Of a stretch of DNA of 64,000 nt, positions 28,754-38,495 are shown piece by piece. The DNA lies in assembly GCA_011364965.1 (NCBI GenBank), contig RDOB01000006.1, positions 116,244 to 180,243 on the forward strand, in the 5' to 3' direction. The DNA is from Candidatus Heimdallarchaeota archaeon. Its GTDB lineage: Archaea; Asgardarchaeota; Heimdallarchaeia; Hodarchaeales; Hodarchaeaceae. The notes beneath the pieces are model-generated. The model ran no database searches, was not told where the DNA came from, and saw only the letters and a list, made by a program, of their open reading frames with translations. Numbering within the stretch: position 1 is the first letter of the stretch; every line of letters starts with the position of its first letter. The position numbers and the translations under genes were made by a program.

Positions 28754-29635
28754 CTAACTTAATTCACCTATAGATTGATTTTCAACTATTTTTATGATAG
28801 AATTTATAATTTTAAATCCCGTATAAAGGGTTTTATTAGCAACATCCTTTTCCGGATTAAAAGCCGTAAGAGCTGCAGCTTTAATCTGAATGTTATCACC
28901 AATTAGCATAAGGGCTTCCTCCATTTCATTTAGAAGGAATCCCTCAGATGTAGGAAAGTCAACACCAGGGGCAACTGACGGATCAAGCACATCTATATCA
29001 ATATGGAGATACACTTGCTGAGTTTGGGACTTTAATTCCATTAACTTCGGTAGAAGACCATGCGTTATTCCTCTCTTCTTCAATATGATATTATTAACTG
29101 TAAGAACCTCAGTACTTTCAAGTAATTTCCGTTCTCCAAGATCCAAATCACGTGCTCCTATGAGTAATGTACAAGCCTCTTGAATCGGGTGCATATTCTC
29201 AATTATATTATTTATATCCTGAAAACATTGACCTGTTGCAATAGCTAACCCCATGCCATCAAGAAAACCACTAGGAGTTGTTTCTGGAGTATTAAAATCC
29301 CCATGGGCATCGAACCAGATAATTCCTGGTTTTGGTTTATTAAATCCTGCTAGTGTTCCTAGGCAAGTGTTGCAATTCCCTCCGAGAATGAAAGGAAAGA
29401 ATCCTTCTTTCAATGTTTTTTTGATAATTTTTCCCAAAGCATTATTTAAAACAGCAATGGTTTTCAACTGGTTCCTATATTGTTTAAAAAGTTGTATTTT
29501 CTCAACCTTTATCTGATGACCTTGATCCTTCAAATTTTGATCAATTCTTGCGTCTAAAAATTTTATGGGTCCCTTTCCCATACCAATATTCTCTTTATCC
29601 AAATGAAATGGAACTTGAATGAGAGCGATCTTCAA
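28754..29635 (-). CDS. Arginase/ureohydrolase family protein
   Basis: WFDAHGDFNTPETTPSG, LHIDIDVLDP; GGNC replaces the canonical GGDH. Confidence 0.88.
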   Translation of the reverse strand: MKIALIQVPFHLDKENIGMGKGPIKFLDARIDQNLKDQGHQIKVEKIQLFKQYRNQLKTIAVLNNALGKIIKKTLKEGFFPFILGGNCNTCLGTLAGFNKPKPGIIWFDAHGDFNTPETTPSGFLDGMGLAIATGQCFQDINNIIENMHPIQEACTLLIGARDLDLGERKLLESTEVLTVNNIILKKRGITHGLLPKLMELKSQTQQVYLHIDIDVLDPSVAPGVDFPTSEGFLLNEMEEALMLIGDNIQIKAAALTAFNPEKDVANKTLYTGFKIINSIIKIVENQSIGELS

Positions 29636-29889
29636 AACTTCGTTACCTCCAAGATTAAAGTTAATAATTCCATTATTTTTTCCATGTGAGAATTAATGTT
29701 CCACTAGAATTAGTTTTTGTTCTTATGGTATAAATTATATTAATTAATCTTCCTGATTTGAAAACTGATCTACAGTTTGAGGAGGAGAAATGGACTGAAG
29801 TTGAGCACGGTTTCCGCCGTATGAACGGTTACATATTCGCAGACGGATGAAAGAAGTGGACTAAGAGACTTTAGTTGGAGATTGACGCA

Positions 29890-30200
29890 ATGGAATTTGA
29901 ATTAGCCCGTTGAGCTACTGAAACTATCTTCATTGTCGACCAATCTCACTATACCCTCACCTGCGCTGATCTACAGGGGCTCACCCACAAAACTGGTCAA
30001 TTAACCCACCATACTGTTCTTGGTGATAAGCTGCTCTTTCAAAACACCCAGCAACTGGTCGTAGCTCCCGATATCCCTTGTGGCCTCTTTGCTAGCTATG
30101 TCCGGAAGTTAACCCGCATTACGCGCTGCGTGGTGCCCTATTTTTTTTCTGGTCTTAGCGCAGAAAATCGCCCAGCAGTCTGCGCTGATAGCTTCAGATG
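29890..30200 (+). pseudogene. Disrupted paralogue of the central domain of the 30598-31452 protein
   Basis: ATG 29890, in-frame TGA 29911, then LTCADLQGL..LLFQNTQQLVVAPDIP..VRKLTRITRCVVP, frameshift in a poly-T run, then LVLAQKIAQ; compare ISEDDLIDL..IRFVDIDRLTFAPDIT..IKELRRIELVLIP..YLLASKIAR. Confidence 0.6.
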
Positions 30201-30369
30201 TCATCTGTTCTTCTTGATTTTTAGATTTCTGAAGTCTTTTCATGATAATTCTGTAATTTCATGTTACCTTCATTATCCAATGTATTTCACGTGGAACAAT
30301 GCAAACTTTTAAAAACTCTGTTAACATAGTTATACATAGTCAACTATATTTTTTAGGTTGTTGTGAATT

Positions 30370-30570
30370 GTGATGTTTAACCGTCTGAAGTCTGATTTGC
30401 ATGTTTTTGACCCCGAAAAATACCTCCTCATGGCCAAAGCCGTGGTAGAGAACCATCAACCGGTCTCTGCTCCTCAAATAGCTTCCCCTCCCCCATCGTC
30501 CCATCCTTCTCAGATGGTTTCCCCTTCTCCCAAAGAATTAGTTGTTTTCCATGTTTTACGTCATATTTAA
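30370..30570 (+). CDS. Small ORF or gene fragment resembling the RHH part of the next gene
   Basis: VFDPEKYLLMAKAVVENHQPVS resembles GLDYRKYKLVAKRAKAQGKTIS; followed by a Pro/Ser-rich tail. Confidence 0.35.
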   Translation: MMFNRLKSDLHVFDPEKYLLMAKAVVENHQPVSAPQIASPPPSSHPSQMVSPSPKELVVFHVLRHI

Positions 30571-30597
30571 CGATTTTATTGTACAGGTGATGTTCTT

Positions 30598-31452
30598 TTG
30601 ATGTTTGATGCTTTTGAAGATGAAAACGAAGATTTAGACGAAGATGAAGATGATGACGATGAATGGGTGGATGAAGAGTACGTGCATGATGAGGATTCTG
30701 TTGATCATATAAAACGCCGCGTTCAGGCTGCAGCCCGTGAATATCGTCGTGCTGCCCCTCCTAAACCTCCTAGACCTCCTGTACCTCCTCTCCCTCCCAA
30801 GGTTCCTGAGGTTATTGGCATCCGTGGGTTGGATTATCGTAAATATAAGCTTGTGGCCAAGCGTGCCAAAGCACAGGGTAAAACTATTTCCGAGCTCCTC
30901 AATGAGATTCTCGACCAGTATTTATCTGAGGAAGAAGGGTACATTGGGGAAATTGAGGCTTTAGAGATTTCTGAAGATGATCTGATCGACCTTGAGGAAA
31001 ACATTCGTTTTGTTGACATTGATCGTCTAACTTTTGCCCCTGATATTACTCGTCAGGCCTTTAAAAAGATCAAAGAATTACGACGGATTGAACTCGTCCT
31101 TATTCCCTCCCATTTGTATCTTTTAGCTAGTAAAATCGCTCGAGATTGCACCATTGAGAAGTATACCGAAGATGCGCCTTCTATTGTCGAAAAGACCTTT
31201 AATGGTGATGTCACTTTGCCTCGGGAGTTTTTTCAGGTTTTTCATGAGAGGAATGAGCAGCTTAAGCTCCGTGTTTATGGTTCTCTTACTTTGAATCATG
31301 ATGTGATACGTGACGAATTTGCCTCTGTTGTTCATACTCTCGATGTTGATGAGGATATCTATTGTCCCCAGCATCTCATTGGGATGGTTTATGCCATGCC
31401 TGGCCGTGTTGATGGGGAAATTATTTTGTCCCGTCCCTCTGATGATTCTTAA
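30598..31452 (+). CDS. Protein with acidic N-terminus, polyproline linker, RHH-like domain and beta-repeat C-terminal region
   Basis: DEDEDDDDE; PPKPPRPPVPPLPP; IGIRGLDYRKYKLVAKRAKAQGKTISELLNEILDQYL. Confidence 0.75.
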   Translation: MMFDAFEDENEDLDEDEDDDDEWVDEEYVHDEDSVDHIKRRVQAAAREYRRAAPPKPPRPPVPPLPPKVPEVIGIRGLDYRKYKLVAKRAKAQGKTISELLNEILDQYLSEEEGYIGEIEALEISEDDLIDLEENIRFVDIDRLTFAPDITRQAFKKIKELRRIELVLIPSHLYLLASKIARDCTIEKYTEDAPSIVEKTFNGDVTLPREFFQVFHERNEQLKLRVYGSLTLNHDVIRDEFASVVHTLDVDEDIYCPQHLIGMVYAMPGRVDGEIILSRPSDDS

Positions 31453-31569
31453 TGATCTTTTTCCTCCCACTTCTGCAAATACGGCTGGAAGCATCAATCA
31501 CTGAACTGATGTACTTCCTTTTTTTGGCCTCCGATCAAGATGAATGAATGCTCCCAGTACCTAAAAATC

Positions 31570-32487
31570 CTACTTCTCCTTTATTTTTCTTCCTTTCTTC
31601 CAGAGGGATATCCAGATACTTGATATTAAAACTATGAATCCTGGATATGACACAATGCCCCCTGCTTTCTTCGTTAACCAATGAATCTTTAGGTATAACC
31701 CATCAGGCTGCCAATCTGTAAATGCAGCTGATAGAACCATAAAATCAGTTGTGTGGATTACTTGAGAATCAACTTCAGTTTGTTTGTTATTAAAGTCGAT
31801 TCCGTTTATTTCTCCTGTTTCATACTCTTCATTTTTTATCCTGAATTCAAAATAAGCGCTGTCTAATGTATGGTTCCACCATCGTGTGGATCCTATGATG
31901 TATCTGAACTCATTATAATAGTACTTGGATTCATCAGGATGATTAGTTCGATAAGCGTACTCTCGCTGATAAGTTGTAGAGAGAGTGATCTCTTCCAGCC
32001 CCGTGAAAGTAAGTTGAAATTGGATTACATCTGCGATTTGAATTGAGGTTACATGCATCGTGCTTAAATTAATTGGGATCATTAAAGAGTCATCTGTCGA
32101 ATGGTCACTATAAGGAATCTCATACAACTCAATATGCGTTATATTTTCTCCTGCTCGGGTGAGACTGATATTTGTGGGGATATTCGCAAATGGGAGTAGT
32201 ATCTGAAGTGTGGTTGTATTTTGAGACAGATTTTCGAATGTGTAATTAGCATTTATCGTTGCGAGGTCTGGATAAAATGTTACATTAATTATTTCGGATT
32301 TTAAATAAGCTGGAAATGTTTGGTTCCAGAATATCTGCGTGGAATTGACAGGAAAAGGTGAACCTTCAGGCTGCAAATCCCAAAAGGCAGGAAGGGGGTT
32401 CGAGGTGACAGTTCTAGGATGCCAAATGAACCCAAAAATGATCAGTATTATGAAAAGCTCATTCCAACGCATATAAATATTATTCAT
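31570..32487 (-). CDS. Secreted, C-terminally anchored protein (DUF4424/VIT-like beta domain)
   Basis: Signal peptide; SEIINVTF..ANYTFEN..ILLPF; FRYIIGSTRWW; YPGF-TM-basic tail. Confidence 0.7.
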   Translation of the reverse strand: MNNIYMRWNELFIILIIFGFIWHPRTVTSNPLPAFWDLQPEGSPFPVNSTQIFWNQTFPAYLKSEIINVTFYPDLATINANYTFENLSQNTTTLQILLPFANIPTNISLTRAGENITHIELYEIPYSDHSTDDSLMIPINLSTMHVTSIQIADVIQFQLTFTGLEEITLSTTYQREYAYRTNHPDESKYYYNEFRYIIGSTRWWNHTLDSAYFEFRIKNEEYETGEINGIDFNNKQTEVDSQVIHTTDFMVLSAAFTDWQPDGLYLKIHWLTKKAGGIVSYPGFIVLISSIWISLWKKGRKIKEK

Positions 32488-32589
32488 GACAGATGTTAAT
32501 AAAGTTTAAGAAGAGTGAAAGAAAGATCTTTGCTCTAATGATTTTGTATGTATTTTTTATCTTTCCGATCATTTGGTGCCGTATTTATT

Positions 32590-33612
32590 CTATTCTTCTT
32601 TCTCTAAGCAGGTAATTATTTTTGGAGCGCTAAAGCATTTATTACAGGAGATGCAATCCGCTTGTTTCTTTCCCTTCTGGAATTTTTTAACTAAATCTGG
32701 TTCTCTGATAAATGGTCGACTGAGAGAAATAAAATCTGCATAGTCCTGACGGATCTTTTGAATCGTGTGTATGGATCGAAGTCCTCCCACTACGGACAGC
32801 GGTGTGTCCCCTATTTGTTCTTTTATCCTCTTGGCGTTTTTCGTAAAATATCCTTCTTCCTCAAATTTCGTTCGTGTAGATTGATTCCCACTTACTTCAA
32901 TCGCATTGATTCCCGCGTCTGCTAACCATCTCGTGACTTTACATGCTTCTTCCACAGGAAATCCTTCCCGTGGTTCGTCTGAATTATTGATTTTTACTAG
33001 CACTGGGTAATTAGAACCTGTTTGAGACCGAATTTCACGATAAATTTCGAGGAGGAGTTTTACTTTATTTTCCAATCTTCCACCCCATGAGTCCTGTCTT
33101 TGATTACTTTTACTAGATAAAAATTGGCTTACTAAATATCCATGAGCAGCATGGATCTGAACAGCATCATACCCAATTTGTTTCGCTTTCAATGCTGCGC
33201 TTCCAAAGCTTTTTATTACGGATTCGATGTCATCTTCCGTCATCATGTAGCCTTCTTTTCCATCAAGGACGGATGGAGCTTTTTTAGAAACTGAATGAAT
33301 CCCTCCATGGTTTAATTGCGCTGCAACCTTACTATCACTATTTGTACCATGAATAGTGCTCACAATTTGCTTAAGTCCCTTTAAGTGATAATCATGGACA
33401 ATACCTGCCATTTTTTCATGGGCTTTTCCTTCATCCATTATATAGAGATGTCCTTGAATGATCAGACCCACTTTTCCTCTGGCTAAATCCTTATATAACT
33501 CGTAATATTCATCTATTACTGTACCATCTGGATTTGCACCAAATTCAGCTGTTGCTGATCGGATAAAGCGGTTAGGGACTTTCATTGTTCCTATTCGTCC
33601 AGGTGTAAACAT
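32590..33612 (-). CDS. NADH:flavin oxidoreductase (Old Yellow Enzyme family)
   Basis: NRFIRSATAE, QLNHGG, GYDAVQIHAAHGYLVSQFLS, SRPFIREPDL, CISCNKC. Confidence 0.93.
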   Translation of the reverse strand: MFTPGRIGTMKVPNRFIRSATAEFGANPDGTVIDEYYELYKDLARGKVGLIIQGHLYIMDEGKAHEKMAGIVHDYHLKGLKQIVSTIHGTNSDSKVAAQLNHGGIHSVSKKAPSVLDGKEGYMMTEDDIESVIKSFGSAALKAKQIGYDAVQIHAAHGYLVSQFLSSKSNQRQDSWGGRLENKVKLLLEIYREIRSQTGSNYPVLVKINNSDEPREGFPVEEACKVTRWLADAGINAIEVSGNQSTRTKFEEEGYFTKNAKRIKEQIGDTPLSVVGGLRSIHTIQKIRQDYADFISLSRPFIREPDLVKKFQKGKKQADCISCNKCFSAPKIITCLEKEE

Positions 33613-33662
33613 ATCTAAACGCTTGGTTCTACATGTTAAAATAAGTTATTGAGGTAGATATT

Positions 33663-34097
33663 TTATGTAGAAAGCCTGTTTAATTCCGCTACACAGGTTT
33701 CATAGATTGTTTGTCCTTTATTCAAAGCTATCGGTGCATATTCTTTGAAATGATCTTCATTCAAATCCTCTTCAAATCCATATCCTGCTAAATGACGTTG
33801 TTCTGTTAATTGAACTAACCATTCAGAAAATTTTGATATTGATTGGCGAAACTCCTCGCTTAGTTCCTCTTTACTAGGTAATAGAGAGAATGGGACACTT
33901 ATATCATGAACACGTTTGTAGCTGACTCCCATGGCTAATAAGATGCCTTTCATTGATTGTTCTGCCCCCATTTGTGCACTATAAACAACATCATTCCATC
34001 TTTTTTCTTCAAGAGCAACTTCAGCATTTCGCATCCAGTCTTTTGCCCTTTTCAATGCTTTATGGGCAATTCTTAGTGATTGTCTTGAATAATCCAC
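33663..34097 (-). CDS. HEPN domain protein
   Basis: DVVYSAQMGAEQSMKGIL, KRVHDI, QRHLAGYG; overlaps the upstream nucleotidyltransferase by 25 bp. Confidence 0.88.
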   Translation of the reverse strand: MDYSRQSLRIAHKALKRAKDWMRNAEVALEEKRWNDVVYSAQMGAEQSMKGILLAMGVSYKRVHDISVPFSLLPSKEELSEEFRQSISKFSEWLVQLTEQRHLAGYGFEEDLNEDHFKEYAPIALNKGQTIYETCVAELNRLST

Positions 34098-34780
34098 ATT
34101 TTTTCACCTGTAGGGGTTTCTATGTAAATTTTCCTTTTTTTTACTAGATCCTTTTTTATCAAAGCAAATAAATTCGTCATGTAATCGTTTCTTTCCCATA
34201 AAATAATTCCAGTTCTCTGAATATCTGGAAAAATTGCATGATCGCGTTCTAATTCTTCTTCTGCGAGTGGATAATAGGATACTGGAATGTCAAAAATATC
34301 TTTCATTTTTGCTAGTGTTCTTCTTCTCAGTCGATAGAGCTCTGTTGATCGCTCCCATGTTGGTTGATCCCATTTTTTTACAATTATCAAAATATCGATA
34401 TCACTTTCAGGGTGCCAGTTTGTTGTTGAAGAGCCAAATAGTGCAATTCCGAGTAGATTTTTATTAAAATACTGGACTAAATCTAGAATATGGTAAAATA
34501 AAAACTCCTGAATTTCTTCTCTGGGAATGTGCTTAATAGTTTCCGACACATGAAAAAGCTGGTCAACTTCCTCAATTATCGTATTAAACACGTTTCCTTT
34601 CTCTGTAAGGTGGTAGATCTTCCTTTTCCTTTCTAGTAATCCTTCTTTTGTTGCTATTTCAAGATATTTTGCTAAGGTTTTGGCATTAAAATCCTTTCTT
34701 AACTCTGAGAAAGTAAGAGGAGATGTATTTTGAAAATATCGAGTAAGATTCCAGATACGAGGAAAAATGTATTTATTCAT
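34073..34780 (-). CDS. wHTH-fused minimal nucleotidyltransferase (MNT)
   Basis: N-terminal LTFSELRK..TLAKYL..YHLTEKG; IALFGSS..ESDIDILIIV. Confidence 0.88.
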   Translation of the reverse strand: MNKYIFPRIWNLTRYFQNTSPLTFSELRKDFNAKTLAKYLEIATKEGLLERKRKIYHLTEKGNVFNTIIEEVDQLFHVSETIKHIPREEIQEFLFYHILDLVQYFNKNLLGIALFGSSTTNWHPESDIDILIIVKKWDQPTWERSTELYRLRRRTLAKMKDIFDIPVSYYPLAEEELERDHAIFPDIQRTGIILWERNDYMTNLFALIKKDLVKKRKIYIETPTGEKMWIIQDNH

Positions 34781-34960
34781 AGTGTACTATTCTATACTAA
34801 GTTTATAAATGTTTACATATTATAATGAATTATGCAAATTTAACCCTTATTGATACCAATTTTGTAAATAAGGGTATCGTCTCCTTCGTCTAGAACAGAG
34901 AGTGATATATTTTTGAGAATTCCAGTATTTTGGATCCTTTACTTAAGATTTCAATCTTTT

Positions 34961-36088
34961 CTATCGGTTAATTCGCTTTTTGGTAGCTAGGACTGCTAAC
35001 TTTAATGTTTCCAAACCATTCATCTCATCGATCACCCGTTGATGAGTAGGATCAAGAATATACCTAATTTGGTCACGGATTAATGCTTGAACTGCCTGAG
35101 CATATACTTTAAACTTCGGATCAGGTAATTGATAATCAAACCTGAATTCATGGACGTTTTGGATGTTTTTCCACCGACCTGTCATTTTACTTGGTGTTTT
35201 ATCATTAATAGAGAGGTTACCTTCTGGACATATGGATTGAAGTATTTGACTGTTTTCCTTTGTTATATATCCCTGAATTTCAATAGATAATGGAATCCAG
35301 CCTTTAATGAGGATATCAGCAGTTTCAAATAAAATCCCGTGAACTTGCCTGTCGAGTAAATCTGGTTGATCAAATCCATGGTAATGAGATGAAAACACTC
35401 CCGAAGCATGTTTCATTGCGCAATAAACCCTATCTTCGATCGCTGTGCCTTCTCTCATTAGTCTAGTGGCCCACAAAACTTCCGAGTTACCAAACCAATA
35501 TTGATATAGGTCAAAGAAATGTACTCCGTGTTCGATAAAGATCCCTCCACTTTGAGTTGAATCCCAGAACCAATGTTTTGGGTGAAGTTTTTCATCAGCA
35601 GCATAGTTTTCAAAATAAGCTCGAATGGGTTTCCCAAACAGCTGGTTATCTATTATTTCCTTGATAATATCTACAATAGGGACATACCGTAGAATAAAAT
35701 TTACAGGAAGAATTCGATTCTTTGCTTTAGCTAGGTTCACGAGCTGATTTCCCTCTTCTATTGAGAGAGCCAGAGGTTTCTCACATAGAACGTGTTTCAT
35801 TTGTTGAAGAGCTTGGCTTGCGAAGGAAGCATGGGTGTTAGGAGGAGTTGCGATGTGCACTAGGTCAATTTCGGGATTATTAATGATCTGATCTGGATTA
35901 GAATACCACCTCACACCATAAAGATCACCTGTCTCTTTGGCAATCTTTGCATTTGTATCAGCAACTGCAATTAATTCTATATCCGAGGTTTTGCTATATG
36001 CAGTTAAACAAAATCTACCAAACCATCCACAACCAATTAATCCCATTTTTAAAGGAGTTTTCGATCGTTTTTCAGGCATATTCATCAT
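34961..36088 (-). CDS. Gfo/Idh/MocA family oxidoreductase
   Basis: IGCGWFG, IATPPNTH, HVLCEKPLA, SGGIFIEHGVHFFD. Confidence 0.92.
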   Translation of the reverse strand: MMNMPEKRSKTPLKMGLIGCGWFGRFCLTAYSKTSDIELIAVADTNAKIAKETGDLYGVRWYSNPDQIINNPEIDLVHIATPPNTHASFASQALQQMKHVLCEKPLALSIEEGNQLVNLAKAKNRILPVNFILRYVPIVDIIKEIIDNQLFGKPIRAYFENYAADEKLHPKHWFWDSTQSGGIFIEHGVHFFDLYQYWFGNSEVLWATRLMREGTAIEDRVYCAMKHASGVFSSHYHGFDQPDLLDRQVHGILFETADILIKGWIPLSIEIQGYITKENSQILQSICPEGNLSINDKTPSKMTGRWKNIQNVHEFRFDYQLPDPKFKVYAQAVQALIRDQIRYILDPTHQRVIDEMNGLETLKLAVLATKKRINR

Positions 36089-36147
36089 TAATTATTTATA
36101 CAAAATCCTTTATTTAAATTAATAAAATTAGTCTGGAATTAAAATTT

Positions 36148-37437
36148 CTACATCTTCTTGGAAGGAGATGCCTTATATTTCTTTCTTGCTATCAAAATAT
36201 TTGTGATAATCCCTAAGCTTATGAATATCAGCATCAAATATATATCAGGAGATATATAGAAATTTTTCGGAGTAATTAATCCTTCAGGAACTTCCACCAA
36301 TTGCAGGTTTACGATTTGAAATTGTTCTTTAGAATTCGTTCCATAAACGAACAAGATCAAGTCTTTTGAGAGTGTTGTTGAAGAAATATTAAAAGAGAAA
36401 TAATCAGATCGAATTATTATGTCAGGATAATAAATAGAATTTGGAAATTCGTTTTTTGTAAGGATAGCAACTCGTGTTGTTTCTCTTGGAATTTTAGTAA
36501 AAATAATGATTTCATTTATATCTCCATTTTTGTGATATTTTCCTTTAAGATTACTTCCTTCTATAGGTTGATCTACATCTTGGTTAGCTTGAAGTTGGAG
36601 CAGAAATGTTCTTTCTATTAAGAAATTGCTGTCTATGCTAAACCTGATAGTAAAGGGTAATATTGTCCAAATTGAATCTTCTGGAAAAGAATATTCAAAT
36701 GTAGCATAATAGGTTCTTCTATCACTACATATAAGTGAGCATTGATATCCTTCAGTGAAAATATCAGCAAATCTTAGAAGGGAAGTCTCATTTTGTATTA
36801 TAATTTCATAATTGTGAGAAATAACATCTCTATTATTGATATTTATTAGAATTTTCCCAGTGGAAGATGTTTCATTCATTATTGCAGAGTAAGTCGCCAA
36901 AACTTCACTATTTGCATACAAAGGATACATTTTCGAAGAAACATGCGATTTGTACAAGGAGTTAAAATCTCTATAGACCCAAATCCATTCCGTCGCGGAG
37001 AAAGCTGTTTCAGAGGTCGTATTGTCGAATAATAAAATATTGAAGGTTTGAACTGAGGAAAGAAATAATGTATCATTCGTTTCATATCTCATTTGGAATG
37101 AAATGTTTATCGATTCCCCCGCTGCTAATATAAAACTCTTTAGATGGTTTTTAAAAGTTTCAATTCCTCCTAATTCTTTAATAAAGACCATAGATCCATT
37201 TATCTTTAAGTTAAAATAACAATTTTCCCCCTCATTCTGTATCTTGATGGATAATCCAATTTGCTCTCCAATAATTGCTAACTGTTTCTCTAAAGATACC
37301 TGGACTTGAACTTGGGTTTTAATCAATTTAGTGGTCTGGAGTTCTGTTTGTAAGGAGACTTTTTCTACAATTAAAGATGAAGTTACCAATGTTGCAAACA
37401 CTAGCACTAGAAAAAAACCAAACCAGTGCTTCTTCAT
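36148..37437 (-). CDS. Secreted, C-terminally anchored Ig-like/beta-rich surface protein
   Basis: Signal peptide, N-glycosylation sequons, C-terminal TM plus RKKYK; 4-bp overlap with the upstream gene. Confidence 0.7.
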   Translation of the reverse strand: MKKHWFGFFLVLVFATLVTSSLIVEKVSLQTELQTTKLIKTQVQVQVSLEKQLAIIGEQIGLSIKIQNEGENCYFNLKINGSMVFIKELGGIETFKNHLKSFILAAGESINISFQMRYETNDTLFLSSVQTFNILLFDNTTSETAFSATEWIWVYRDFNSLYKSHVSSKMYPLYANSEVLATYSAIMNETSSTGKILININNRDVISHNYEIIIQNETSLLRFADIFTEGYQCSLICSDRRTYYATFEYSFPEDSIWTILPFTIRFSIDSNFLIERTFLLQLQANQDVDQPIEGSNLKGKYHKNGDINEIIIFTKIPRETTRVAILTKNEFPNSIYYPDIIIRSDYFSFNISSTTLSKDLILFVYGTNSKEQFQIVNLQLVEVPEGLITPKNFYISPDIYLMLIFISLGIITNILIARKKYKASPSKKM

Positions 37438-38291
37438 TTTGAATACCTTCTCCTTATTAGCAATATATTTACTAGAAATAAGCTTAATAGAGTTAAAGGA
37501 GGATCCAGAAAAGGTACAGAGTCATTTTTTATTAATTGGATGACTAGTTCATTTAATCCTTCTGTTATTTTGTATGAATGATTCGCAATCGGAAAATTAA
37601 ATCGCTCTGTAGAGGGATATGTCATCTGTTGAATTATTCCTGTTCTAGCATCATAAGCAAGATCAAAGACGTACGTTTCTAATCCAATATTATTAGAAAG
37701 GAAATTTGATGTAGTTACATGCCCTGAAACAATAGTTCCTGTTTTCCCATTTCTACCAATATTAGATAATGATCCGTTTTCTATATCGCAATTCCAAATT
37801 AATTCGCTAAACTCCAAAGGTAAATCTGCACTTGGAAGTTGATAGCTATTAAACCATAGCCTTTCTAAAGCATTGAGACCTGAATCTTCTACTCCCAATG
37901 AATTAATAATATATAGAGGCGCTATTAAAAAGTTGAAGAACGATTCATTTTTTGAATTATTCAAGATTCTTGATCCTACCTGAACTTGAATCCCTGAATA
38001 ATTCAATGCTTGATTTATGTTTACATCTAATGTTTTACTTGGAAATGTTAACCATTTCAGGGTTATAAAGTCATTTTGGGACAGCTCTAGAAAGTTAGCC
38101 CATTTCCAAATCCAATTTGTTCTATTATCTATCGTTTTGACTGTTTCGATCTTCCATCTGAATTCACTCCCCCTTTTGATACTGGAATGAAATTCGACCC
38201 CTTCAGTTAATCCTCTAGACGGTGATAAGCTCGATACACTAATTATAAAGATAGCAAAGAGTAATTTACTATGAATTTTTGCTCTCATCAA
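37434..38291 (-). CDS. Secreted surface protein with C-terminal sorting-like signal
   Basis: Signal peptide; ends SVPFLDPP-TM-RRRYSK. Confidence 0.7.
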   Translation of the reverse strand: MMRAKIHSKLLFAIFIISVSSLSPSRGLTEGVEFHSSIKRGSEFRWKIETVKTIDNRTNWIWKWANFLELSQNDFITLKWLTFPSKTLDVNINQALNYSGIQVQVGSRILNNSKNESFFNFLIAPLYIINSLGVEDSGLNALERLWFNSYQLPSADLPLEFSELIWNCDIENGSLSNIGRNGKTGTIVSGHVTTSNFLSNNIGLETYVFDLAYDARTGIIQQMTYPSTERFNFPIANHSYKITEGLNELVIQLIKNDSVPFLDPPLTLLSLFLVNILLIRRRYSK

Positions 38292-38495
38292 TAAATTCCT
38301 CTATTTCGATAATATTCTATCCTTATCTTATCTGTAATTATACGAAAATCCAATTATAAATTACCATTATGGAATTAAATTGATAAATCAATAATTAAGA
38401 TTTAAATAAACTCTCTCTCCTCCTTCGCCATTCTTCAGATCTTTGGTAATTAAAGCTAAGCTTTTTACTTAATTTACTGATTTTCCTAATTTACA

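Noticed and set aside
29911-29913. In-frame TGA as selenocysteine or programmed readthrough
   Set aside because: A downstream frameshift also breaks the homology, there is no redox-motif context, and no SECIS was recognised; pseudogene is simpler.
29760-31500. IS element or provirus
   Set aside because: No transposase, integrase, terminal inverted repeats or target duplication found by eye.
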